Shown here in pieces: positions 9,231 to 19,600 of a DNA stretch of 64,000 bases. The DNA is from an uncultured Planctomycetota bacterium (GTDB taxonomy: Bacteria > Planctomycetota > Planctomycetia > Pirellulales > Lacipirellulaceae), in NCBI GenBank assembly GCA_963719315.1, contig CAVRBU010000004.1:192001-256000 (forward strand), read 5' to 3'. The notes below the pieces were generated by a model. The model saw only the letters and a program-made list of their open reading frames with translations. It had not been told where the DNA came from and made no database searches. Each line of letters begins with the position of its first letter. Positions within the stretch are counted from its first letter, which is position 1. The translations under genes were made by a program, and so were the position numbers.

Positions 9231-10484
9231 ATGCCCTCGCTCACGGCTGCTGAAAAGCAGAGGATCGCCGACCTGACCGCATCGCGACAAGGACGTTACA
9301 GCCTGCCGGGCGAGTTCTATTCCGACGAGCTCATGTATCGAGCCGAGCTCGAAACCATCTGGCGGCGCGGCTGGTTATTTGTCGGCCATACGTGCGAAAT
9401 TCCCGAGCCCGGTGAATATTTTACATTCGCCGTGGGCAACGACTCGCTGATCGTAATTCGGGACGATGACCGCGAAATACACGCGTTGTGGAACGTCTGC
9501 CGGCATCGCGGAACGCAGATTTGCGATGAACCCTCGGGTACGGCAGGTCGGCTCGTTTGCCCTTACCATCAATGGACCTATGCCCGCGACGGATCGCTCA
9601 AGTCATGCCGCGGTATGCACGAGGAGGTGGATAAAACGCAGCTCGGTTTGTTGCGTGCGCCGCTTCGACAGTGTGAGGGGTTGATCTATGTGTCGTTGTC
9701 GGACGAGCCGCCCGACTTTAGCGAGGCGGCAGAAGCGATCGGCCCGTTTGCACGACCGCAAGGACTCGATCGCGCCAAAGTGGCAAAGACAGTTGACTAT
9801 GAAGTTTCGGCTAACTGGAAGCTCGTCTGGGAAAACAATCGCGAATGCTACCATTGCAATGTAAACCACCCACAGTACATCAAAGCCAACTTCGACCACT
9901 TCAACGCCGACGACACGAGCGAACGGATTCAAGCCCGGATCGATAGGGCAGTGGCGCACAGTGAGGAGAAGTGGGCCGCGACGGGCTTGGCCGTCAGCCA
10001 TCGGCAAAGCGGCATGACGGAATTTCCCAACATCGGACGCAACGGTTGGTTTTCGGCGAACCGCACACCGCTCGTGGAAGGCTATGTCAGCGAAACGATG
10101 AACGGCCAGCAAGTCGCTCCGCTCATGGGCGACTACCCGGATGCCGACGTGGGTACACTACGGATACGTACTTTGCCTAACATGTGGCACCACGCAAGTT
10201 GTGACCACGCCGTAACAACGCGATTACTTCCCGCGGGCCTGCAGCGAACGGCGGTTCGTGTAACTTGGCTCGTACATGAGGATGCGGTGGAAGGGCGAGA
10301 CTTTCAGCTCGCTGATATCTTGCCTTTTTGGCAACTCACATCCGAACAGGATTGGGAATTGTGCGTCAAAGCACAAAAGGGCGTCAACTCGTCTCACTAC
10401 GTGCCGGGGCCCTTATCAACCTACAAAGAGTATAATGTCGACGCATTTCTACGGTGGTGCCTTCACCAATTGAGCTTTGAATAA
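9231..10484 (+). CDS. Rieske non-heme iron oxygenase alpha subunit, GbcA/Stc2-like quaternary-amine N-demethylase clade
   Basis: Rieske CRHRG...CPYH; mononuclear iron motif ENNRECYHCNVNHP; C-terminal WLVHEDAVEG.D, QD.ELC, Y.PGP typical of GbcA-like enzymes. Confidence 0.88.
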   Translation: MPSLTAAEKQRIADLTASRQGRYSLPGEFYSDELMYRAELETIWRRGWLFVGHTCEIPEPGEYFTFAVGNDSLIVIRDDDREIHALWNVCRHRGTQICDEPSGTAGRLVCPYHQWTYARDGSLKSCRGMHEEVDKTQLGLLRAPLRQCEGLIYVSLSDEPPDFSEAAEAIGPFARPQGLDRAKVAKTVDYEVSANWKLVWENNRECYHCNVNHPQYIKANFDHFNADDTSERIQARIDRAVAHSEEKWAATGLAVSHRQSGMTEFPNIGRNGWFSANRTPLVEGYVSETMNGQQVAPLMGDYPDADVGTLRIRTLPNMWHHASCDHAVTTRLLPAGLQRTAVRVTWLVHEDAVEGRDFQLADILPFWQLTSEQDWELCVKAQKGVNSSHYVPGPLSTYKEYNVDAFLRWCLHQLSFE

Positions 10485-10564
10485 ATTCTGGGATGGGGGG
10501 CTGCGCACGCCAGGCGTCTTCTCGTTTTTTGATCTCGACCGAGTGACTGCGATCCCACGACATC

Positions 10565-11794
10565 ATGAGCAACACACCGACGCAAGCAGAGATCGTTGTC
10601 ATTGGTGGAGGCGCCGTCGGCTGCGCGGTCGCCTATAGTCTGGCGAAGGCCGGAAAGACGGATGTCCTCTTACTGGAAAAGGAGCCGACAGTAGCCGCGG
10701 TGACAACGCCCCAAGCGGCCGGTTTGGTCGGCCAGGTCCGCAATAGCGTCGAACGAACCAAGCTCGCGATGTGGTCGGTCAAAACATTTTCACAGCTCGA
10801 GCGCGATGAGCAGGCCAAGCCTGGTTGGCGCCAAGTTGGCTCACTTCGAATCGCGCTTTGCGACGAACGAGTCAAGGAATTCCGGCACATGAAGGAAGTT
10901 GCCGACAAGTCGGGGCTGGAAGCCGAGTTTATTGACCAGCGTGCAGCGAGCCAGAAATGGCCGTCGATGGATTTTCAGCGGGCCAAAGCGATACTTTGGT
11001 GCGACAGCGACGGGTACTTGCAGCCGTCCGACCTTACCATGTCTTACGTCGCACATGCGCGGCGGATGGGCGTTCGTTTTCAAACCAACACAGCAGTCCG
11101 CCAAGTCGTTGTCAAGGACGGCCGCGTCACTGGCGCGACAACCGATGACGGCACGATCCAGTGTGAAATGATTGTCAATGCTGCGGGTGCACATGCGTAT
11201 CACATCGCTCGGAGCGTCGGATTGGAATTGCCGATCGTACCGGTGCGTCACGAGTATTTTGTGACCGTGCACGCCGACGGCCTGGAACCGAATTTGCCAG
11301 TGGTACGCATTCCGGATTCGACGCTCTACCTTCGCGCCGAAGTCAATTCGCTGCTCTGCGGCGGTTGGGAGCGACAGGGACTTGCTACGGATCCGCGTGG
11401 CTTTTCTCTGGAGAAGAATCCTCCGCCAATCGATGCCGACTGGGACGTTCTAGGTTGGTTCGCACAGCAGCTAGCGCCTGAGATTCCAGCGGTCGAGCAA
11501 TTGGGTATCCGCAACGTGTTTAAGGGATGGCCGACTTTCACGCCCGACGGCCGCTTCATTGTCGGCGAAAGTTCGCACGTGAAGGGTTTTGTGATGGCTG
11601 GCGGGTGCAACGCTCATGGTGTTTCCGGCTCGGCTGGCATTGGCCGCCACGTGGTCGAATCGATTCTTGACCCCGATCCTTCACCCTACGTGAAGAGCCT
11701 TAGCCCCAATCGTTTCGATCGGCGCTGGGATTGGCAAACCGCGCAGCGTCAGGCTCGGCACTATTACGAAACATACTACGATTTGGGGCATTGA
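10565..11794 (+). CDS. FAD-dependent oxidoreductase, DAO family (dimethylglycine/sarcosine dehydrogenase flavin domain only)
   Basis: GGGAVG, TTPQAAGLVGQ, GWRQVGSLRIA, DGYLQPSDL, VRHEYFVT, PTFTPDG, NAHG; no GCV-T domain. Confidence 0.85.
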   Translation: MSNTPTQAEIVVIGGGAVGCAVAYSLAKAGKTDVLLLEKEPTVAAVTTPQAAGLVGQVRNSVERTKLAMWSVKTFSQLERDEQAKPGWRQVGSLRIALCDERVKEFRHMKEVADKSGLEAEFIDQRAASQKWPSMDFQRAKAILWCDSDGYLQPSDLTMSYVAHARRMGVRFQTNTAVRQVVVKDGRVTGATTDDGTIQCEMIVNAAGAHAYHIARSVGLELPIVPVRHEYFVTVHADGLEPNLPVVRIPDSTLYLRAEVNSLLCGGWERQGLATDPRGFSLEKNPPPIDADWDVLGWFAQQLAPEIPAVEQLGIRNVFKGWPTFTPDGRFIVGESSHVKGFVMAGGCNAHGVSGSAGIGRHVVESILDPDPSPYVKSLSPNRFDRRWDWQTAQRQARHYYETYYDLGH

Positions 11795-12178
11795 TGGCCG
11801 TCTCGGATTCCCTATTCGAGCCAACCGTAGGGGCAAGTTCGCCTGCACGGTACGAATTCATCCGACATGGCATGGGCTTTGGAAAGCCCTTTCGACGTTT
11901 AGCCGTTGCTACATTGTTGCAATAGGCACAAAGCTCGTCGAGCTAGCCACAATGTAACGAGTCCGCTGGCACAATTGGTTTTGCCCGACTTGACGTGGGC
12001 TTACATGGCAAATGTCGCGGCGGAAGAGCAGGAACGAGCCGAAAGAACATCGGATCGTGGACTTCGGTTAGGCGGAGAGAGCGTCGATGGCTGGAATAGG
12101 CAGGAGAGCCGGCTGTAGTGAAGGGCCTTCTGATTGCGTGACGCGGATAAGTTCGCGCAAACATCTATTCAGAATTGG

Positions 12179-12397
12179 TCAGCGGCAGCGGGCAAATAAA
12201 TCTTCTTGCCTGATGACGAAACGCTCGCCGCTTTCCACGTCCAAGAGGCCGCGAATGCGATTTGAAGGCTCGTCGGACCGCACGAGCTTCTTATAACTCA
12301 ATAGCAATTCGCAGAATTTTTCGCGATGGACAAATATTTGTTCCGGCCGGTTCCGCATCCGTTGCGGGTGCTTGTCAATAGTTCCGTTGAATGTCAT
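12179..12397 (-). CDS. Small hypothetical protein
   Basis: 72-aa ORF with globular-looking composition (LLLSYKKLVRSDEP...RGLLDVESGERFVI) in an otherwise empty 950-bp gap. Confidence 0.45.
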   Translation of the reverse strand: MTFNGTIDKHPQRMRNRPEQIFVHREKFCELLLSYKKLVRSDEPSNRIRGLLDVESGERFVIRQEDLFARCR

Positions 12398-12744
12398 TGA
12401 AGTGCCCCGTGGAGACAGCCAATCCGATCAATGGCGTCTCCGCCGTAATGACCCTCTTAAACCATGAGCCGCATCGTTCGGCTAGGACGCAGGCGTCTAG
12501 CGGCGAATCGGCCACCGTGACGTGCAGCGAGGTTTGATTTTACAGCACTATGCCGATCTGATCCTAGTGGCCCGATACAGGGCACTTCGACTTTGCATAA
12601 AAAACAGCACAAAAACAGCCCCCGGCCGGACATCAATCGATTGACTGCGTGGAAAACCTGTCGACTGGCGTGCGGTTTGGCTTGCTCTACGCGAAGATTT
12701 TGTGGGCTGCGTAGGCCGGAAGGACGCTGGTCAGTTTTTGCTTA

Positions 12745-13922
12745 TACCCTGCGTGGGGATAAATGATCTGTTCCCGAGTAGCTGATTTGTTGTACAAGGC
12801 CCTTATGTCGCCATCGAGGAGGATGGCGTGTTGCTGGCAAGGAGGGCTGTCATGGCTTGGTTTCGAGTCCGATTGACGGAAGAGGAACAGCGAATTGTCG
12901 CGGCCGAGCGGGAGTCTCATCCGGAGTCGCATGTCCGCCGCAAGATGCTGGTGTTGTGGTCGCTGCAGTGTGGTTTGAAGCGATCCCAGGCGGCGAAATT
13001 GGCGGGGGTCGGAGTGGCGACCGTCGGGCGGTACGTTGCGGCCTATCGTGATGGCGGGTTGGAGGGTCTGCGGCGGTGGAATGTGCAAGGGCCCGTGAGC
13101 GACTTGGCCGCCTATCGCGACGTGATCCGCGCGTCGTTCGAGAACCAGCCGGTCCGCACGACCGCGGAAGCCTGCGAACGCATTTACCAACTGACCGGCC
13201 TGCGGCGGGGACTGTCGCAAACTCGCAAGTTCCTGAAAGACATGGGACTCAAGTGGCAGCGGGTCCGGGCGCTCCCCGTGCCGCCCAAAAAAACTTGGCC
13301 CAGCATGTCGCCGCGCAGGCCCTGTTTCACGACGTCGAACTGAAGCCCCGCCTCGACGCCGCCGCCCGAGGGCGGGGACACGTCTTCTTCGTCGATGCGG
13401 CCCACTTTGTGTACGGGACGTTCCTGTGCTGCTTGTGGTCGTTCACGCGAATCTTCGTGCGGGCCGCCTCGGGCCGCCAGCGGTTCAATGTCCTGGGAGC
13501 CTGGAACGCCGTGACCCGCGAACTGGTAAGCGTGACCAACACCACGGTCGTCAACACGGAAACGATGTGCGAGCTGTTGCGGAAGATCGCTGCCCTCGGT
13601 CTGGCCGGACCGATCACGTTGGTGCTGGACAACGCTCGCTACCAACGTAACGCCGCGGTGCAAGCGTTGGCGACGCAACTGGAAATCACGCTGCTGTTCC
13701 TGCCCTCCTACTCGCCGAACCTGAACCTCATCGAACGGCTTTGGAAGTTCATCAAGCGGCGGGCCATCTATGGGCGTTACCATCCCGGATTTCAAGAGTT
13801 TCAAGCCGCCATCCAAGAAACAATCGCCGACCTCGCAACCCGCCACGCCGAACCCCTCAAATCCCTCATGACGCTCAACTTTCAGCGATTCGAAGATGTC
13901 TCATTGCTGGCCGCGTAGGGTA
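12745..13922 (+). mobile_element. Complete IS630-family insertion sequence (1178 bp)
   Basis: Imperfect terminal IRs TACCCTGCGTGGGGATAAATGA / TCATTGCTGGCCGCGTAGGGTA; TA duplication (12743-12744, 13923-13924); reconstructed target GCTTAAGC. Confidence 0.92.
12852..13918 (+). CDS. IS630-family transposase: HTH OrfA and DDE OrfB joined by a probable programmed -1 frameshift
   Basis: OrfB motifs FFVDAAHF, LVLDNARYQ, FLPSYSPNLNLIERLWK; CCCAAAAAAAC slippery site (A7 at 13287-13293) in the ORF overlap. Confidence 0.93.
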
Positions 13923-14042
13923 TAAGCCCTTGGGACTGGTAACAACTCCGCAACTTATCGCGGATTTCGTCATAGGAGAGGCGTCCCCGAACCTGCATCC
14001 AATCGATCCTTTGTCGCCATGCAGGGCGGAATGTAGCACGGC

Positions 14043-16581
14043 TTAACGCATGTCTCGTTTCAAGCCCGAACGCGTCGCGATGGTTGCCAGCGGATCATCC
14101 GGCCAAGCGTGTTTCGGATAACGTCTCCGAAGTTCCTTTTTGATCTCCGGATATCCGGTTTGCCAAAAACTGGCGAGGTCGGCCGTCACTTGCTGCGGCC
14201 GATAATTGGGGCCGAGCAAGTGCAACAGCACGGGCACTTGCCCGCCGGCGACGCGGGGCGTTTCCGGTACGCCAAACAATTCCTGGATCCGCACGGTAAG
14301 CACCGGCGGCTTTCCCACTTCATACGCGAGAATGTGGCGATTGCCGTTCGCTAGTGCGAGCACCGGCGGCGCGAGTCGCTCGATTTCGGCCAACCGCTCG
14401 TAACCGATCGCGCCGTGAAAATGCGACAGCCAGTCGGCAGTTTTCAATTCGTCGAGCGACCGCAACCCACGGCAAACTTCCGACAACATCTGCTGCAGAT
14501 ACGGTTCGTCGAAGGACGGCAGTTTCAGTTCGGGACGGGCGCCTGCGAGCCAGCGCACTCGGGCCAGGAAGTTTCCGGCGGCCGTGTCTGCGGCCGGCAA
14601 CCATCGATCAAGCTGTTGGCGTGCGGCTTGGGCCAAGAACTCCGCCGCCGCCGACCAGTCGCCGATCGAGACGGGCGTTTCTTCCAACAGCAAGTCGTCC
14701 CAATAGGTTCTCAGACGTGCTTCGACTTGTCCCTTAGTTGGATTGAAAAACAACTCTTCCTTCGTGTGAAGCGTTGCCGCGGGGAGCCAGGAGCGTTCGA
14801 CGGCCGACGCGATTCGGGTCCGCGCCTCTCCGCCGGCGTCGTTCAAGTCGATTGCCAGAAAGAGCGGTTCGCCTCGCACGCGCGAGCTGCTGTCGATTCG
14901 CGCGCCACGGCCGCCGACCATGAGTGCTCGATCTTGCGTGCCGGCGCAGTTTGGCGAGCCGGTCAGGAAAGGCGTCGAGCAGCGCTTGCATGAGGGCGAT
15001 GTTTGGGTGTTCGGCCCGCGCCGACCGTGCGAAGTCAGCCAGCGCGTATAACTGCTCGGCCGCACGAAGCACATTGCGCGCGCCGCCCGGATGTAGTTCC
15101 AACGCCTCGTCGGCGGCGGGTGCGCCAGCATGAAATGCTTGCAACGCGAGAACGCGGTCAACTACGTCTGACCTGCTGCGCACGGCTCCGTACTCTCGCG
15201 GTCCATGGCGCGCGTAGTCCGCCGATCGAAAGGGATCGCGCTCGGAAAGCAAAGCCGCCGCGACCGAAGTTTCGCGGAGCACGCCGCGCTCGGCGCCGGC
15301 GACAAGCAGCCTGCCAAGTCGTGGATGTGCTGGCAATCGCGCCAACTCTTGCCCCAATGGAGTGATCGCTTCGCCGTCATCGATAGCCCCAAGCAGCTTT
15401 AGCAATCGAAATGCATTCTCGCTCGCTTCTTGCGGAGGTGGGTCGAGCCAAGGAAAGTCTTCTCGCTCCCCAAGCGCGGTTAGCTGCAGCACTGCCGCCG
15501 CGAGATCACTTCTTAACACCTCGGGTGTCTCGGCAGCGGGCCGCGCTTTGTGCGACGACTCGTCCCACAATCGCCAACAAACGCCGGGCGTCGTTCGGCC
15601 GGCGCGACCGGCACGCTGTTCCGCGGATGCCTGGGAAATTGGCACTCGATCCAATCGTGGCAAGCCAGTTGAGGGATTCACCCGCAGTTGTCGCGCTTGC
15701 CCGGAGTCGATGACGGCCGTCACGCCGTCGATGGTGAGCGACGTTTCGGCCACGTTGGTAGCCAAGATGATTTTTCTACGGCCGATGTCTTGCAAGACGC
15801 GGTCTTGTTGTTCCGCAGGCAGATCGCCGAACAGCGGTAAGAGTGCGTGGCCGTTTCGATCCGCCAATGGCCCAAGCGCTTCCTGGCAGCGAATGATTTC
15901 TCCGACGCCCGGCAAGAACACGAGCACGTGTCCCGATGTCTCTCGCAACGCATCAGGTACGCGTGACGCGACCAGCTCCGGCAGGGGTCGCTTCTCTCCG
16001 CGTCGCTCGAAGCGAACCTGGACCGGAAACGGGCGGCCCTCCGCAGACACCACCGGACAATTGCCCAAAACCCGGGTAACTGGTTCCTCGGCCAGTGTCG
16101 CGCTCATCACAATCACTCGCAGGTCGGGCCGCACTGTTTGGCGCAGGCGAATGAGCATGCCCAGAACGAGGTCCATCTCGATCGTTCGCTCGTGAAACTC
16201 ATCGATCACGACGGCGCCAATGTCTTCCAACGCGACATCATCGACTAACCTGCGTAGCAAGATGCCTGTCGTGACCACTGCGAGTCTCGTATCGCGGCCG
16301 ATTCGTTTGTCGAACCGAACTTGATAACCCACTTCCGCGCCCACGTCGCACCCACGAATTTGCGCTATCCGCCGGGCAACTGCCCGAGTCGCCAGGCGGC
16401 GAGGCTGAATGAGCACGACTTTCAGCGACTTCGGCAAATCATCCAGGATCGCTGCCGGCACAAGCATCGTCTTGCCCGAACCAGGAGGCGCGGTGACGAC
16501 GACCGCTCCACCGCGCGAAGCAACGACTGCTTCTTGAAGCACACCAGCGACGGGCAAGTCTGCGGCCAATGAACCGGTCAT
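14043..16581 (-). CDS. hrpB: ATP-dependent helicase HrpB (one frameshift near 14945, probably an assembly indel)
   Basis: APPGSGKT, QPRR, DEFHER, MSAT, ATNVAETSLTI, QRAGRAGR; C-terminal QVTADLASFW...LRRRYPKHAWPDDP lies in the second frame. Confidence 0.93.
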
Positions 16582-16697
16582 CTCCGCGAGTATACCGGCA
16601 GTGGCTTACAGGGATAAAGCAGCTTATCAACGACGAGTCCTTGTTTCGCGCGACCATTCTTGGAGAGAGCATGATCCGCGGATACACTGATGGGGCC

Positions 16698-17615
16698 ATG
16701 GCACCGACACTTTTTCAATTCACCGGTGTGACGAAGACTTACGGAGAGGTGCGGGCGCTCGATAATCTTTCGCTGTCGGTGCCTGCGGGCGCTGTCGGCT
16801 TGCTGGGGCCGAACGGCTCGGGCAAAACGACAATGATTCGCACATTGCTGGGGCTGATTCCACTGGACCAGGGCGAGGGGGAAGTGCTGGGCCTCGACGT
16901 ACGCCGGCGGCAGCTCGATATCCGTCGACAGGTGGGGTTCGCTCCCGAAAACGAGTGCCTGTTCCCGCATGTGGAAGGCGTGGAATTCGTCGCCTATGCC
17001 GGCGAACTCGGCGAGATGTCTCCCAAAGATGCTCTGCAGCGTGCGCACGAAGTACTCGATTACGTCGGCCTCGGCGAGGCACGGTATCGCAAGGTGGAAT
17101 CGTATTCAACCGGCATGAAACAGCGGCTCAAGCTGGCGTCGGCGATCGTGCACGATCCGCAGCTCTTGATTCTGGACGAGCCGACCAACGGTATGGATCC
17201 GGCCGGCCGCAAGGAGGTGCTCGAGTTGGCGCACGATCTCGCTCACAACAAAGGCATGAACTTGCTGTTCTCCAGCCATATTCTGCCCGATGTGGAAGTT
17301 GTGTGCGACTACGTCGTCGTGCTCGGTGGCGGCAAGTTGCTGGCCGAGGGAGAAATCCAACAGCTCAAGCAAGTTCACAAGCAGACGTATGAGGTCCGCC
17401 TCAAGGCGGATGGAGCGGCCTTCGCCGAGCGGCTAGCGGCGCGCGGATGCGCCGCGGAGTGGCACGAAGAGATTCTGCGCGTGCGAATTCCAGTAGGCGC
17501 ATCGCCGCAACTTCTGTGGGAAGTCGCCGCCGAAGAGCACGCACAGATTCGTTATTTGCGGCCGCAACGAAGCACGCTGGAAGAAGTGTTCTTAACCGCA
17601 GTGGAACCGTCGTAA
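16698..17615 (+). CDS. ABC-2 type transporter ATP-binding protein
   Basis: GPNGSGKT, YSTGMKQR, LILDEPT, SSH. Confidence 0.93.
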   Translation: MAPTLFQFTGVTKTYGEVRALDNLSLSVPAGAVGLLGPNGSGKTTMIRTLLGLIPLDQGEGEVLGLDVRRRQLDIRRQVGFAPENECLFPHVEGVEFVAYAGELGEMSPKDALQRAHEVLDYVGLGEARYRKVESYSTGMKQRLKLASAIVHDPQLLILDEPTNGMDPAGRKEVLELAHDLAHNKGMNLLFSSHILPDVEVVCDYVVVLGGGKLLAEGEIQQLKQVHKQTYEVRLKADGAAFAERLAARGCAAEWHEEILRVRIPVGASPQLLWEVAAEEHAQIRYLRPQRSTLEEVFLTAVEPS

Positions 17616-18679
17616 TGCCAATCATTGATCAAGGATATCAACATTGGTCGGGGGAACTGTCTGGCCACGCATGGCGTTGGCTCGCGATCACGCGCCGCGG
17701 CGTGAAGAGCGCACTTCAGGCACGTATGGTTCGCTTGGCATTGTTTTTCGCTTGGATGCCGGCGCTCGTGCTCGTATTCGTGCTCTGCATGTGGGGGTTA
17801 GTCGAGCGGCAGTCGGCGCTCGTGCAGTCGATTACGCCGCTGCTGACGTCGCTGCTCGGTCGACCGATTCTGGCTGGACCGCTCGATTACCGCGTCGAAA
17901 TCTGGACGATTTGTTTTCACGTTTTTCTGTGGTATGAGCTGTGGTTCGCGATGATTCTGGTGTTGCTCGTGGGGCCGAATCTCATTAGCCAGGACTTGCG
18001 CTACAACGCCTTACCTCTGTATTTGTCGCGGCCATTGCGACGCATTGATTATTTCGCGGGCAAGCTTGGAATCGTTGTGACAATCTTGGGAATGACGATT
18101 ATCGCTCCTTCGGTCCTGGCGTACGTGCTCGGCTTGCTCTTTAGTCTGGATATTTCCATCTTGCGCGATACGCTGGGCATTCTGGTCGCGAGCGTCGCGT
18201 ACGGCCTCGTGATTGCGGTGTCGGCGGGCTCGTTGATGCTCGCGCTCTCCTCGATCTCGCGCAACTCCCGCTATATCGCACTAATGTGGATCGGCATTTG
18301 GATCATCACGAGCATTGTTTCGATGGTTCTGATTACGGTCGAACAAGAACAGCGGTTGCACGAAGCTGGGTTGCGAATGCGAAATTGGAGGTCCGATGAG
18401 GCTCTCACGGCGGCCATCGAAGCGGGCAAGTCGGATTGGCGGCCTCTGATTTCATACACGGCGAACCTGCAGCGGATTGAAGAGCACCTGTTAGGGACAA
18501 ATGCGGCGTGGGAGCGGCTCAGTCAATTATCGCCGGTGGGAAGTCGGGCTCCATTCTTAGCCCGGATGCTCGGCACCCAATACCCGTGGTATTGGTCGGC
18601 CGCGGTTTTGACGATTCTGCTCCTATTCTCCGCTTTCATCCTTCATTTCTCGGTCAAGTCGTTGGATCAACTCAAGTGA
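17615..18679 (+). CDS. ABC-2 type transporter permease
   Basis: MPIIDQGYQHW, ISQDLRYNALPLYLSRPL...YFAGK, several TM helices; TAATG overlap with the ATPase gene. Confidence 0.87.
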   Translation: MPIIDQGYQHWSGELSGHAWRWLAITRRGVKSALQARMVRLALFFAWMPALVLVFVLCMWGLVERQSALVQSITPLLTSLLGRPILAGPLDYRVEIWTICFHVFLWYELWFAMILVLLVGPNLISQDLRYNALPLYLSRPLRRIDYFAGKLGIVVTILGMTIIAPSVLAYVLGLLFSLDISILRDTLGILVASVAYGLVIAVSAGSLMLALSSISRNSRYIALMWIGIWIITSIVSMVLITVEQEQRLHEAGLRMRNWRSDEALTAAIEAGKSDWRPLISYTANLQRIEEHLLGTNAAWERLSQLSPVGSRAPFLARMLGTQYPWYWSAAVLTILLLFSAFILHFSVKSLDQLK

Positions 18680-19600
18680 CGCCCATCGTTGGATTCAACG
18701 ACGTTTCGAAGTGGTACGGCAACGTCATCGGCATCAACAAGCTGAGCGTTGAAATCGGTCCCGGTGTGACCGGGCTGCTCGGACCCAACGGCGCCGGTAA
18801 ATCGACGCTGCTGCAATTGGCGACCGGCCAACTGCGACCCAGCCAGGGGACGGTCTGCGTACTCGGGCGCATCGCGTGGAACAACGCGGCGCTCAATCGC
18901 TCGATCGGCCTGTGCCCCGAGCAGGATGCGTTTTACGAGTGGATGACGGGCCGCGATTTCGTGCTCACTTGCGCGGCTTAGCGGTATGACGCGAGCTGCG
19001 GTCCGCACTGCCACCGAGCGGACGATCGAAGCCGTCGGCATGACGCGGCACCAAGGCCGAGCGATTCGCGGTTACTCGAAGGGCATGCGGCAGCGAATCA
19101 AATTGGCGCAGGCGCTGGTCCACGACCCGGAAGTGCTTTTTCTCGACGAGCCGCTCACCGGCACCGATCCGTTGGCCCGCCGGGAATTGATGGATATCAT
19201 CAAGTGCCTGGGGAACGAAGGCAAAAGCGTGCTCGTTTCGAGCCACGTGCTATACGAAGTGCAAGCACTAACGCCGAACATCGTGCTCCTCAATCGCGGC
19301 CGGCTTGTGGCCGATGGACACGTCCGCCAGATTCGCGATTTGATCGACAACCATCCACATCACATTCGGATCGAATGCGACGCGTATCGTCGGCTGGCAG
19401 CGCGAATGGTAACTTGGGACGACGTCGAGGGCGTTCGTATGTTGCCAGAGGAACGCGCGTTGATGATCGAAACGCGTTCGCCCGATGCATTCTATGGCCG
19501 TTTGCCTTCTCTCTCGCTCGAAGATGGTTTAGCAATCAAGAGCGTGTATTCCGATGACGACAACTTGGAAGCCGTGTTCAAGTACCTGGTGAACCCATGA
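18676..19600 (+). CDS. ABC-2 type transporter ATP-binding protein (frameshift near 18972)
   Basis: GPNGAGKS in the first frame; YSKGMRQR, FLDEP and SSH in the second frame. Confidence 0.9.
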
